NCBI GenBank assembly: GCA_963849435.1 | Contig: CAWKHO010000016.1 | Location: forward strand, 7,517-71,516 | DNA: 64,000 bases | DNA from: an uncultured Alphaproteobacteria bacterium | GTDB lineage: Bacteria > Pseudomonadota > Alphaproteobacteria > Sphingomonadales > Sphingomonadaceae | Reading direction: 5' to 3' | Shown: positions 33,486 to 46,430 of the stretch, one piece after another | Numbering within the stretch: position 1 is the first letter of the stretch | How the letters are laid out: the number at the start of each line of letters is the position of its first letter | Translations under genes and position numbers: made by a program | The notes under the pieces: model-generated | The model's input: only the letters and a program-made list of their open reading frames with translations | Databases searched by the model: none | What the model was told of the DNA's origin: nothing

Positions 33486-35410
33486 TCAGCGCCGCTTGAG
33501 CAGCTCCTCCACGATCAGGTCGGCGGCCTGATCGGCCGTAAGCTTGGTCGTGTCGACGTGGATCTCGGCGTTTTCCGGCGCTTCGTACGGGCTGTCGATG
33601 CCGGTGAAGTTCTTGAGCTCGCCGGCACGCGCCTTGGCATAAAGGCCCTTTTCGTCGCGCCGTTCGGCTTCGGCGAGCGGTGTATCGACGAAGATCTCGA
33701 AGAACTCGCCCTCGGGGATCATCCGCCGGACCATGTGCCGCTCGGCGCGGAACGGGGAGATGAAGGCGGTGAGCACAATGAGGCCCGCATCGGCCATCAG
33801 TTTGGCGACCTCGCCGACGCGGCGGATATTCTCGATGCGGTCGGTCTCGGTGAACCCCAGATCGCGGTTGAGGCCGTGGCGAACGTTGTCGCCGTCGAGC
33901 AAATAGGTGTGGCGGCCGCGCGCCACGAGCTTCTTCTCGACCAGATTGGCGATGGTCGACTTGCCCGCTCCCGACAGTCCGGTGAACCACAGGACCGCCG
34001 GCTTCTGCCCCTTGAGCGCCGCATGCGTCTCGCGGCTGACGTCGAGGTGCTGGCGATGGATATTGTGCGACCGCCGAAGCGCGAAGTGCAGCATTCCGCA
34101 GGCGACGGTCGCATTGGTGAGCTTGTCGATCAGGATGAATCCGCCAAGCGCGCGGTTGGGGCTCGCACCCTGTAGTGCATAAGGTTCGAACACGATCTCG
34201 CGGTCGGTTGCGACCTCGACCACGCCGATCGCATTCAGCCCGAGGCTCGGCGCCGCAAGATGCTCGAGCGTGTTGACGTTGACTTCAAATTTCGGCTGCT
34301 GGACCGTTGCGGTGACGGTCTGCGTGCCGATCTTCATCCAATAGCCGCGGCCCGGGAGCAGCTCGTCCTCCGCCATCCACACGATTGTCGCCTCGAACTG
34401 GTCGGACGCTTCCGGCGGATCCGCCGCTGCGGCGATCACGTCGCCGCGCGAGCAGTCGACCTCGTCCGCCGAGCGTCAGAGTGACCGACTGGCCCGCGAC
34501 GGCTTCGTCGAGATCGCCGCTCATCGTGACCACGCGCGCGATACGTGTGACGCGCCCGGACGGAAGGATGCGCACCTCGGCGCCCGGGCCGATGATCCCC
34601 GCCGCAATCTGCCCCGAAAAGCCGCGGAAATGCTGGTCCGGGCGGTTGACCCATTGCACCGGCATCCGAAACGCCTTTTGCGCGTCTGCGGCGGTGTCGA
34701 GCTCGACCGTGTCGAGATGCTCGAGCAGGCTCGGCCCATCGTACCACGCCAGTCGCATCGCTCGGGTGGATGATGTTGTCGCCGTTGAGCCCTGATACGG
34801 GAATCGGGAGCCACCGTTCGACGCCGATACTCTCCGCGAATGCGCGGTAATCGGCGCAGATCGCGTCGAAGGCTGCCTGATCGTAATCGACCAGGTCCAT
34901 CTTGGTGACCGCAAGCACGAAGCGGCGGATCCCGACCAGCTTGGCGAGATAGGAATGGCGCCGGGTCTGGGTCAGCACGCCCTTGCGCGCATCGACCAGC
35001 AGCACGGCGACATCAGCGGTCGAAGCGCCGGTCACCATGTTGCGCGTATATTGCTCGTGGCCCGGCGTATCGGCGACGATGAACTTGCGCTTCTCGCTGG
35101 CGAAGAAGCGGTAGGCGACATCGATCGTGATGCCCTGTTCGCGCTCGGCGGCGAGGCCGTCGACCAGAAGCGCAAAATCGATCTTCTCGCCCTGTGTCCC
35201 GTGGCGCTTGCTGTCGGACTCCAGCGCGGCGAGCTGGTCGTCGAAGATCTGCTTGGTCTCGTACAGCAGCCGGCCGATCAGGGTCGACTTGCCGTCGTCG
35301 ACGCTGCCGCAGGTGATGAAGCGCAGCAGCTCCTTCTGCTCCTGGCCCGCGAGCCACGCGCGCACCTCCTCGCGGGCCGCGGACCGGCTCGTGTCGACGC
35401 GGAGATCCAT
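33486..35410 (-). CDS. cysNC: bifunctional sulfate adenylyltransferase subunit 1 / APS kinase (frameshifts ~34760 and ~34470)
   Basis: [27 protein letters not shown]; [12 protein letters not shown] and [11 protein letters not shown]. Confidence 0.93.
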
Positions 35411-36318
35411 CAGAAATAGCCCTCCTGCTTCTTCTTCTCCATGCTCGCGCTGCCCGCGTCGCGGTCGATCACCCGCCCCTGCCGCTCGGAGCTTCTCGAC
35501 ACCAGCATCTCGGCGACGATATCCTCAACCGTCTCCGCCTCGCTCTCGATCGCCCCCGACAGCGGGTAGCAACCCAGCGTGCGGAAGCGCACCTTGCGCA
35601 TCACGGCCTGCTCGCCGTCCAGCGGGAAGCGCTCGTCATCGATCATCAGGATCACGCCGTCGCGTTCGACGGTCGGCCGCTCGGCCGCATAGTAAAGCGG
35701 CACGATCTCGATCTTCTCCTTGAGGATGTATTGCCACACGTCGAGCTCGGTCCAGTTGGACAGCGGGAAGACGCGGATGCTCTCGCCCTTGGCCTTGCGG
35801 ACATTGTACAGCGACCACAGCTCGGGCCGCTGGCGCTTCGGGTCCCAGCGGTGGTTCTTGTCGCGGAAGCTGAAGATGCGCTCCTTGGCGCGGCTCTTCT
35901 CCTCGTCCCGGCGGGCGCCGCCGAACGCCGCGTCGAAACCGTATTTGTCGAGCGCCTGCTTCAGCCCCTCGGTCTTCCACATGTCGGTGTGCAGCGGGCC
36001 GTGATCGAACGGATTGATCCCGCGACTCTCGGCTTCCGGATTCTTGTAGACCATCAGCTTGATCGCGGGGTCGGCCGCGACCTTGTCGCGCAGCGCATAC
36101 ATGTCGCGGAATTTCCACGTGGTATCGACGTGAAGCAGCGGGAACGGCAGCGGGCCCGGGAAGAATGCCTTCTTCGCGAGATGCAGCATCACCGCCAAAT
36201 CCTTGCCGATCGAATAGAGCATCACCGGCTTCTCGGCCTCGGCGACCGTCTCGCGCAGGATATGGATGCTCTCGGCCTCGAGCCGGTCGAGATGGGTCAG
36301 CTGGGGCAGTGCGTTCAA
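35410..36318 (-). CDS. cysD: sulfate adenylyltransferase subunit 2
   Basis: [31 protein letters not shown] and [10 protein letters not shown] motifs. Confidence 0.96.
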   Translation of the reverse strand: MNALPQLTHLDRLEAESIHILRETVAEAEKPVMLYSIGKDLAVMLHLAKKAFFPGPLPFPLLHVDTTWKFRDMYALRDKVAADPAIKLMVYKNPEAESRGINPFDHGPLHTDMWKTEGLKQALDKYGFDAAFGGARRDEEKSRAKERIFSFRDKNHRWDPKRQRPELWSLYNVRKAKGESIRVFPLSNWTELDVWQYILKEKIEIVPLYYAAERPTVERDGVILMIDDERFPLDGEQAVMRKVRFRTLGCYPLSGAIESEAETVEDIVAEMLVSRSSERQGRVIDRDAGSASMEKKKQEGYF

Positions 36319-36441
36319 GCATTTCGGTGCGGCGCTTAGCCCGCTTCCCTGCGCGAAGGAAAGCGCTCGCGCGAACTGTTCACTACCGCTGCGGCCGACT
36401 GCGGCCTATGAAGGGGAAAGCTCAATTCCTGGAGATCGCCC

Positions 36442-36912
36442 GTGCTCAAATGCCTGTTCCTCGCGTTCGCCGCCCCGATGCTGATCTTCGCTTCCACGGC
36501 GACTGCCCAAACGGCACCGGTCGCGGGCCCGAAGCCAGTCTCGCGCGCCGAATTCATTAAAAAGCTCGACGCCGGCTTCGGCGCAGTCGACACCAATCAC
36601 GACGGTGTGTGGAGCAAGGCCGAGCTCGACACTGCGCAGACGCGCACCGTCCAGCAGCGCCTCCAGGCCGAGTTCAAGCAGCTCGACACCAACCACGACG
36701 GGCAGCTGAGCTACCAGGAATTCGCCGCTGCGGCGCACGTCAACGTCAACGCCGATCAGATGCTGCAGAAGCTCGACGCCAACCACGACGGCAAAGTCAG
36801 CGCCGATGAGTTCCGCGCGCCTCAGCTTGCGAATTTCGCCAAGATTGACGCCAATCACGACGGCGTCGTGACACCCGAGGAGGTGCGCAAGGCGATGTCG
36901 GGCAATAAATAA
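36442..36912 (+). CDS. secreted EF-hand domain protein
   Basis: Signal peptide; four D(T/A)NHDG loops. Confidence 0.85.
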   Translation: MLKCLFLAFAAPMLIFASTATAQTAPVAGPKPVSRAEFIKKLDAGFGAVDTNHDGVWSKAELDTAQTRTVQQRLQAEFKQLDTNHDGQLSYQEFAAAAHVNVNADQMLQKLDANHDGKVSADEFRAPQLANFAKIDANHDGVVTPEEVRKAMSGNK

Positions 36913-36955
36913 GCGAAGCGGCTGGCGCGCCCCGCGCGCTGGTCCTAAGGACGCA

Positions 36956-39092
<2,137 letters not shown>

Positions 39093-39240
39093 CTCTCTCA
39101 GGAAATTAACGGCTCGGGTGCGGATTCGAAACTCTTTCACCTGCCTGAAATCTTTTTTATTGAACGTTATCAAGTAGCTGCCGGCACTGAGCCAAATTCC
39201 TGCTCGCAATTTGAATCTCCCTATTGATGTTGCTCACGCT

Positions 39241-39255
39241 GTTCCCTATTTGTTT
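39241..39255 (+). promoter_or_regulatory. LexA-like box (alphaproteobacterial type)
   Basis: GTTC-N7-GTTT, one mismatch from GTTC-N7-GTTC, 21 nt before the TIR gene ATG. Confidence 0.35.
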
Positions 39256-39276
39256 TCCGGACAAAAGGAGAACGCA

Positions 39277-40348
39277 ATGCCTGGCGATGGAAAGCGCGTG
39301 ATAATCAGCCAAACGGATTTTCCGAACGTCCCGCTTCGCGAAGCCTTGCGGATCGCAGAGGCAATCTGGGAGAACTTTGCCGGCAAGGGTGCAGCGCCGC
39401 ACAACGTCGCCCTCGCCTTAGACCTAAGTCCGACGAGCGGAGGCTGGCGCAACTTGTGCGGCGCTTCGATTGCCTATGGCCTTTCTGAGGGTGGCTACGC
39501 TGCAAACGAGATAATTCTTACCTCGCTCGGCAGGCGGGTTGTGGCGCCGACCTCCGAGGGTGACGACCATCAGGCTCGCCAGGAAGCCGTCCTGAAGCCG
39601 CGGCTCATGGGCGAGTTTTTTCGACGCTACAACAGGGCCAAATTTCCAAAGGACCAAATCGCTGAGAACGTGCTTGTTGAGATGGGTCTGCCGAAGGAGC
39701 GCGCAACGAGTTGTGCATCTGCTAAAGCAAAACGGATCAGAAGTCGGATTCATCACAGAGACCAAAACGGGTCCATTCGTTTCAGTCGACGTGTCGTCTC
39801 GACCGGCGCCCGCCTTTACTCAATTCGATGATGGCGCAACCGAGTACGGCACTGACCACGAAGAGCTCCTAGTCGAACCAACCAGCGTTGAGCCCGCGCT
39901 CGTTGCGCCAGCCAACACAGTGAACAACCGCGTCTTCATTACCCACGGGAAAAATCATCAGGTTCTCGACCAAATTCGGGAAGTTGTAAAGTTAGGCGGT
40001 TTTGAGCCAGTCATATCGACCCGCACGGAAACCGCAGCGAAGCCAATTCCCGACAAAGTCATGGATGATATGCGCTCGTGCGGCGCGGCCGTAATTCACG
40101 TCGGTTCCGAGGGGACTCTCACCGACGAGGAGGGGCAATCGCATGCGCATATCAACCCAAACGTCTTGATTGAGATTGGTGCCGCCATGGCTCTCTACCA
40201 TGGCAGATTCATCCTCGTTGTTGAGGATGGGGTGAAACTCCCCTCAAACCTGTTGGGGCTCTATGAGAGTCGCTATTCTGGAACCTCGATTGAGTTTCAG
40301 GCAGGGATGAAGATCCTGAAGGCGTTGCGAGGCCTAAAGTCGGGCTAA
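39277..40348 (+). CDS. N-terminal wHTH-like + C-terminal TIR (Cap12/Pycsar-type) protein; frameshift ~39705
   Basis: AAGGAG RBS; RVFITHG, NPNVLIEIG (catalytic Glu) and LPSNL.G motifs; lower GC. Confidence 0.8.
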
Positions 40349-40641
40349 ATTCCGGCGCGGGAGTAGTCCTCTGCCGCGCGCGATTTGCATCGAGTACCTG
40401 CCAAGCAAGCCCCGCAAGGGCCTGACACATTCGGTGACAGTGCACCTAATAACCGCCGGCCGCGGGCGCCCCACTGAAGTTCATTCGGCCTGAAGCGCTG
40501 TCGGCCAAGCCCACTTACTGATCGGATTGCGGCTAGCCTCGTCTGATTGGCCACATTGGGCATGAAACCAATTCAATCTGTCGCAACCACGATTGACGCG
40601 GATGCGCCGGCTCTGCTCAATGCGCGCACGGGAGACGAAAC

Positions 40642-40820
40642 ATGAACGCGAGGCTACAGAAATTGATCGACGCATCGCGCAATCGTCAGATGACCCCGGA
40701 GGAGCAGGAGCGCAGAGGCGGAGCTTCGCGTATGGCAATGCTCATATCGAAAACGAACGGGTCACTCGAGAGATGGTCGATGAAGCTGCGAACAAGCTGC
40801 GGCGTCCGTCATCAGATTGA
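40642..40820 (+). CDS. small putative Fic antitoxin (frameshift ~40710)
   Basis: Stitched MNARLQKLIDASRNRQMTPEEQE/QRRSFAYGNAHIENERVTREMVDEAA; stop overlaps the Fic start (TTGA). Confidence 0.65.
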
Positions 40821-41501
40821 GCGATGATCGGCACAGCAAGGCTGAAGAGCCGCACTTCTCTCCGATCCCGATGAGATAGCCCGCCGTAAATCGGAGAACG
40901 CGGTCGCACAATTCGACCGCGTACATGATCTTATAGAAGACGTGGTTCGCGGCGGCCGACCTTTTCGGTTACGAACGTCCATAATCCTCGACCTGCACCG
41001 TATCGCCCTTGAGGGCCTGTCCCCGTACGCGGGCAACTTTCGACCAGGTGCCGTCGAGATCGGTCAGTCGAAACATGCGCCACCTGCGGCCCATCTCGTA
41101 CCCGGGCTGATCGAAGAGATGTGCGACTACGTGATGGACAAGTTCGCGGACCAACCTGCCCTCCATCTGTGTGCATACGTGATGTGGAGATTGAACTGGA
41201 TTTTCATCCGTTCACCGACGGAAACGGCCGTACGTCACGGGCGGTGGCGTACTATGTTCTTTGCGCCAAAGTCGGTTATCTACTGCCGGGGCACGAAACT
41301 GTCCCCGAGCAGATAGCGGCCGACAAACGACCGTATTACGAAGCCCTTGAGGCCGCTGATCATGCCTGGGAGAATGCCAACTTGGACCTAAGCGCCCTTG
41401 AGAACATGCTGGATAACCAAGTGGCGGCGCAGCTGCTCTCGGCCTATGAAGATGCTAAGAATTCGGACGCTGGCGCTGCAAAAGAGCGTAAGCTTCATTA
41501 G
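40817..41501 (+). CDS. Fic/Doc family protein (frameshifts ~40860 and ~41200)
   Basis: LHRIAL..AGNFR..V.I and HPFTDGNGRTSR canonical AMPylation motif. Confidence 0.88.
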
Positions 41502-41524
41502 ACAGCATCCCGGACCGCCTTAAA

Positions 41525-41572
41525 CGCTCCCACAATCGCACCCATCTCATCCAGCGCCTGCAAAGACCGCGG
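41525..41572 (-). repeat. degenerate copy of the yaiI 3' end
   Basis: CAATCGCACC..CTCATCCAGCGCCTGCA..ACCGCG matches 45818-45858. Confidence 0.75.
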
Positions 41573-41635
41573 CAGACAAGTCGCGCGCCGAACCATCCGC
41601 ATGGAACCCCTGCGAATCTCATCGATTCACAGCGC

Positions 41636-42055
41636 ATGACTCCAGTCATCTTCCGCAGGCTGCCCGCCGTTGCAGCGGTCGAGCGCCAGCTCGACATGCA
41701 GTTCCGCGATCGCTTGCTCGACGATGAGCTCGAGGAGCTGCCGCATCTGATCGACGAAGCCTCGGTCGAGCTGTTCGGGATCACCCAGCGCGACACCTTT
41801 TACTGGGCGCTGCCGCACCCGGTGCGCGCGAAATTCAGCCGCTCCGGATGGGAGGAGAATTTCGACGTCCTCGGGCATTACACGCGCGATCCCAACGCGC
41901 ATTGGCGCGCCTTCGACCTCGACCTTCGCTGCGAGAAAGGCGGCAGGCTGCATTGCTTCGAAATGTTCGGGCGGCAGCTGGTCTGCGCGCTTCACGGACT
42001 TCATCCGCAAGCCGTGCTCGCCTTCGCCGATCGCAAGACCTCTCAGGCTGCGTAG
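41636..42055 (+). CDS. hypothetical protein
   Basis: 139-aa ORF with GC3-biased codons lying between two yaiI-end copies. Confidence 0.65.
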   Translation: MTPVIFRRLPAVAAVERQLDMQFRDRLLDDELEELPHLIDEASVELFGITQRDTFYWALPHPVRAKFSRSGWEENFDVLGHYTRDPNAHWRAFDLDLRCEKGGRLHCFEMFGRQLVCALHGLHPQAVLAFADRKTSQAA

Positions 42056-42056
42056 G

Positions 42057-42120
42057 CTAGCGCCCAACCGCGCCAACGTCTCATCCAGCGCCTGCAGAAA
42101 CCCCGGGCCGGTCAGCCCTC
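42057..42120 (-). repeat. diverged copy of the yaiI 3' end (FLQALDETLARLG)
   Basis: Aligns with 45809-45870; many substitutions are synonymous. Confidence 0.85.
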
Positions 42121-42180
42121 TAGCCCCGCGAGCCTGAAAAACACTTTCCTATTTGGATTTCAGCTGCTCCAGGCTGGCCG

Positions 42181-42562
42181 ATGAGCCGGCGCGAGCGCAG
42201 CCCCCTCCTCAACCCAGGTCCCGAGCGGAGTCGCAGGCGCTGGACTCCGCAACGCCAGCTCGCCTTCCTCGACGTTCTTGCCCGCAGCCGCAGCGTGAGT
42301 GCTGCGGCGAGGGCCGTCGGGATGAGCCGCGAGGGCGCGTACCGGCTGCGCGGCCGGCGTGACGGCGCGTTGTTCGCGGCGTTGTGGGACATCGCGCTCG
42401 CGGGTCCCGGCCCCGAAAGCCCCGCCTCAGAGCCCGTCGAAGGGTCACACGTCCGGCCTCGGCAACGGGCAGCTCCTGCGCCTTCTGAGCAACCATTTTC
42501 GGCGGAAGAACGGGGATTTCCGCGCCATCGGCTCACGCCCGGCCAAAGTGCGCGGGACCTGA
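42181..42562 (+). CDS. HTH protein of the WTP.RQ..F type (terminase-small-subunit-like HTH); probable frameshift ~42450
   Basis: WTPQRQLAFLDVLARSRSVSAAARAVGMSREGAYRLR...FAALWD. Confidence 0.7.
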
Positions 42563-42618
42563 TCGGACGTGAACTTTGTGACCCTGGCCGCAAGCAGCCT
42601 TCCGTCCGTTGAAGTGCG

Positions 42619-43573
42619 TCAGGCGGGCTCGTTCTTGGGCTCCGCCGGCGCCTCCAGCGCGTCGGGAAGTCCGGCATCAGGCGCCACCGGAACCGCCATG
42701 CCCGCCGCGGCCAGTTGCTCGCGCTCGTCGAAGAAGTGCGCGCGCTTCAGCCGCTTCTTGATCGACAGCGAGGGATTGTCGGCGCTCGGTCCTTCGCAGG
42801 CGGCCTCGACGTGGCTGCCCGGCGGTGCGTCGACGCAGTCGGCCGGGGGCCGATCGGGCGCAGACTCGGCGGCGGGCGCGGGCGCGGCGACGAAGGGCGC
42901 GGCGGGAACCGGGTCGGCCGGGAGTCTCCGCGGACGGCTGTTCGGCGAACAGCGGATCGGCCGCTGCCGGAGCCTCGGGCGCGGGCTCATATTGGTCGGC
43001 GGCGGCAAACTCCTCTTCGCGGCGGAGCCTGCGGCGGCGCAGGATCATCCCGAGGGCGATCAGGCCGAGCAGCACGAGGACCGCGCCGCCGGCGATCGGC
43101 AGCATGGCGTTCGACGTGGCGGGCGCTTGCTGCGCCGGAGGCGTGGCCGCGACCGGGGCCGCGGGCGGCGGAGCAGCCGGCACGGCGGCTACCGGAACGG
43201 GCGCGGGCGCGGCGGTCTCGGCCGGTGCGGCAATTGGCGCGGCGACGGGTGCGGCGGCCGCCGCCCGCACTGGCCGAGGCGCGGCCTTGGCCGGGCGCGC
43301 CACGCTTGCGGTTCGGCGGGTCGTGGTGGATTTGCTCGACGTCTTCGTGGTGATCTTCGGCTCGGCGGCGAGCGGGTCGCTGGCGCTGGTCGCCGCCGGG
43401 TCGCTGACGGTCGGCGCTGGCGGCGCGCTATCCGGAACCGGTGCCGCGGGCGCTTGAACCACGGGTGGCGTAGCGTCGGGCGTCGCCTGAGCCAGCAAAG
43501 GGGTCGAGGAAAAGGCAAGGATGGCGGCAATCGCGGTCACGGCGGGGCGGATTCTGGGGGTTTTGTGGGTCAT
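42619..43573 (-). CDS. Pro/Ala-rich exported membrane-anchored protein (frameshift ~42920)
   Basis: Signal peptide, Pro/Ala/Thr linker, TM + RRRR, C-terminal GPSADNPSLSIKKRLKRAHFFDERE. Confidence 0.7.
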
Positions 43574-43742
43574 GATCAGGGTCAACGTACGACGGACCAT
43601 TATGGACCCGTCACGACGGGCCGGCTCCGCCGCCCGCTTCTGGCCCAACCAGAGCGCTCAGCGCCGCAACAAGATCATTTGAAATGGCGAAGGTGCGGGC
43701 GGAGCAGTAGCGGCGTCGCACCAGCGGCGACGCGCCGGCCGA

Positions 43743-43904
43743 TCAGCCGACGAACTGTCGCTTCAGATCCGCCTTGATCGACGCACCGCCAAGGTGCGCG
43801 TCGACATTGGCATAGCCTTCTTTCCGGAGGGTTTTCCGGATCTCTTCAAGGCTGGAGTCGCGGGCCAGCTGGAACGCGCGTTCGATGATGTTCTCGGTTT
43901 GCAT
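43743..43904 (-). CDS. small hypothetical protein (~53 aa, frameshifted; not in ORF track)
   Basis: Manual translation MQTENIIERAFQLARDSSLEEIRKTLRKEGYA/NVDAHLGGASIKADLKRQFVG*; AGGA RBS. Confidence 0.6.
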   Translation of the reverse strand: MQTENIIERAFQLARDSSLEEIRKTLRKEGYANVDAHLGGASIKADLKRQFVG

Positions 43905-44027
43905 GGGAATCCTGATGTTTCGCTCGCGTCATGAACGGCCGGTGTCCACTTGCGTTCCCCCGAGCGCGACGGAGTAGCGCCCGCTGAACCTTGCATTCGC
44001 GCACCCAATCGCGTGAAGCGCTGCGTC

Positions 44028-45759
44028 ATGGCCTCTCTCCCATCGACCAGCCGACCGCGCCTTGCCGACTATAGCGCCGACTACCGAATGCTCGATCCTC
44101 GCCGCGATGGCGACGGTCGCCGGGACCGGCGGAGCGTTCGGCGCCTGGGCGCTCCTGAAGCTCATCGCGTTCGCCACCAACGTCAGCTGGTACGGCAGTT
44201 TCACCTTCGCGCCGGCGACGATCGCCAGTCGCGGTCCGCTTCTGGTGCTTGCGATTCCCGTGATCGGCGGGCTGATCGTCGGGCTGATGGCACGCTTCGG
44301 GTCGGACAAGATCCGCGGCCACGGCATCCCCGAGGCGATCGAGACTATCCTGTTCGGCGAGAGCAAGCTGTCGCTGAAGGTGGCGCTGCTGAAGCCTTTG
44401 TCATCGGCGGTGTCGATCGGCAGCGGCGGCCCGTTTGGCGCGGAAGGGCCGATCATCATGACCGGCGGCGCGATCGGCTCGTTGTTCGCGCAGCTGTTCG
44501 CCTTGAGCGCGGCCGAGCGGAAAACTCTGCTGGTTGCCGGCGCAACCGCCGGAATGACCGGCATCTTCGGCACGCCCTTCGCCTCGATCATGCTCGCGGT
44601 CGAGTTGCTCTTGTTCGAATGGAAGCCACGCAGCTTTGTCCCCGTCGTGACCGCCGTGCTGGTGGCGCTCGCCTGGCGGCCGCTCCTCGTTGGCTCCGGT
44701 CCACTCTTCCCCTTCGCCGCGCCCACTCCCACGGGCATCGAGCCGGTCGGCATCGCCGCGCTCATGGGCGTCGTCCTCGGGCTCGAGGCCGCCTTCCTCT
44801 CGTTCCTCCTGTACCGCATCGAGGACGGCTTCCATGCTCTGCCGATCCACTGGATGTGGTGGCCGGCGATCGGCGCGATCGTCGTCGGCATCGGCGCCCT
44901 GTTCGACATCCGCGTGCTGGGCGCGGGCTACGGCAGCATCCAGGAACTGCTGAACGGAAGCCTTGTGGTGAAGGCCGTCCTGCTGCTGCTTGTCGTCAAG
45001 GCCGTGGTGTGGCTTGTCGCGCTCGGGTCGGGGACTTCGGGCGGGATTCTCGCTCCGCTGTTGATCCTCGGCGGCTGCACCGGGTTCCTCATCGGCCAAT
45101 ATCTCCCCGGCGATCCCGGCTTCTGGGCCATGATCGGCATGGCGGGCATCATGAGCGGCGTCATGCGCGCGCCGATGACCGCTGCCCTGTTCGCCGCCGA
45201 GCTCACCAATCACCTCTCCGCGCTCCCGCAGACGATCGCCGCGGCCGCGGCTGCTTACGCGGTCAGCGTGCTGGTGATGAAGCGCTCGATCCTGACCGAG
45301 AAGATCGCGCGGCGCGGCCGGCATATCCTGCGCGAATATACCGTTGACGCACTCGAGTTCCTGCAGGCCGGACAGCTGATGACCGCCGAGCCGGCGACGC
45401 TCCCCGGCGAAATGGCGCTCGACGCCGTGGTGCGCTTCTTCGCCGATGAGGCGGAGCACCGCTCCTATCCCGTCGTCGACAAGCAGGGTCGATTGCTTGG
45501 CCTCGTCTCGCGGACCGATGCGCTGCAATGGAAGGTAGCGCGGACCAGCGAGGGCAAGCTCGCCGACGCCTTGTCCGACGCCTCGACCGAATTCGCCTAT
45601 CCGGAGACACCCTGCGGCGAAGTCGCGGACATGATGGTCGAATCGGGCGTCGGCCGGATCCCCATCGTCGATCATCAGACCCGGCGAGTCGTCGGGATCA
45701 TTTCACGGCAGGATCTGCTGAAGGTGCGGTCAAGCCAGAAAAGCGGCGAGCAGCGCTGA
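44028..45759 (+). CDS. ClC chloride channel protein with CBS domains (N-terminal frameshift)
   Basis: GHGIPE, GAEGP and GGILAP motifs; two CBS domains. Confidence 0.92.
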
Positions 45760-45808
45760 GGCCGTTCTGATGCGTGTGGATTTCGCGATAGGCCGCTGCC
45801 GCTTCAAC

Positions 45809-46261
45809 TCATCTTCCCAATCGCACCAGCGCCTCGTCCAGCGCCTGCAGGAACCGCGACCGGTCCGCCTTGGTGAACGCCGCCGGGCCGCCCACTACAT
45901 CACCGCCCGCCCGTAAGTCCGCCATGATCGCCCGCGTCGCGATCGCGCCGCCGATGCTCGCCGCGGTGAACGGCTTGCCGTTGTGGCCGATCACGGTCGC
46001 GCCTTCCTTCAGACAGCGGTCGGCGAGCAGGATGTCGCCGGTGATCACCACCGTGCGCGCGTCCGCATTCTCGACGATCCAATCGTCGGCCGCGTCGAAC
46101 GTGTCCGACACGACGATGCGCTCGACCAAAGGATGGTCCGGCACGCGGATGCGCTGATTGCTGACCACCGTAACCGGCACCTCGCGCCGCCACGCCACGC
46201 GATAGACCTCGTCCTTCACCGGGCAGGCGTCGGCGTCGACCAGGATGCGGGTTTCGCTCAC
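45809..46261 (-). CDS. yaiI: YaiI/YqxD family protein
   Basis: ILVDADACPVK, DAADDWI, VITGDILLA, DRSRFLQALD. Confidence 0.92.
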   Translation of the reverse strand: MSETRILVDADACPVKDEVYRVAWRREVPVTVVSNQRIRVPDHPLVERIVVSDTFDAADDWIVENADARTVVITGDILLADRCLKEGATVIGHNGKPFTAASIGGAIATRAIMADLRAGGDVVGGPAAFTKADRSRFLQALDEALVRLGR

Positions 46262-46266
46262 GCCAT

Positions 46267-46302
46267 CGTCATTGCAAGGAGCGCAGCGCCGAAGCAATCC
46301 AG
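46267..46302. repeat. CGTC-type REP element
   Basis: CGTCATTGCAAGGAGCGCAGCGCCGAAGCAATCCAG. Confidence 0.65.
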
Positions 46303-46377
46303 CCGTAATGATGGTCCCCGCGCCCCAGCGCCGGGCCCTACCACCCGCCCCCTGCCACCCGCCCGTGCTTGCATAAT

Positions 46378-46399
46378 AGTACATACTAAAGTATATACT
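46378..46399. promoter_or_regulatory. tandem palindromic operator-like site
   Basis: AGTACATACT-AA-AGTATATACT upstream of the 46431 gene. Confidence 0.45.
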
Positions 46400-46430
46400 T
46401 TTCGCTACAGAAGCGGGAGGAAGCGAAACC

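Noticed and set aside
36195-36215. CysD SIGKDL instead of the usual GKDS motif
   Set aside because: A single-base change in an error-prone assembly; cannot be treated as biological.
40440-40560. ORF remnant (RFRPNELQWGARGR)
   Set aside because: No recognisable family, RBS or codon bias.
41525-45870. CRISPR array or classical attC integron
   Set aside because: The repeats are irregularly spaced, non-palindromic and encode the yaiI C-terminus; there are no cas or intI genes.
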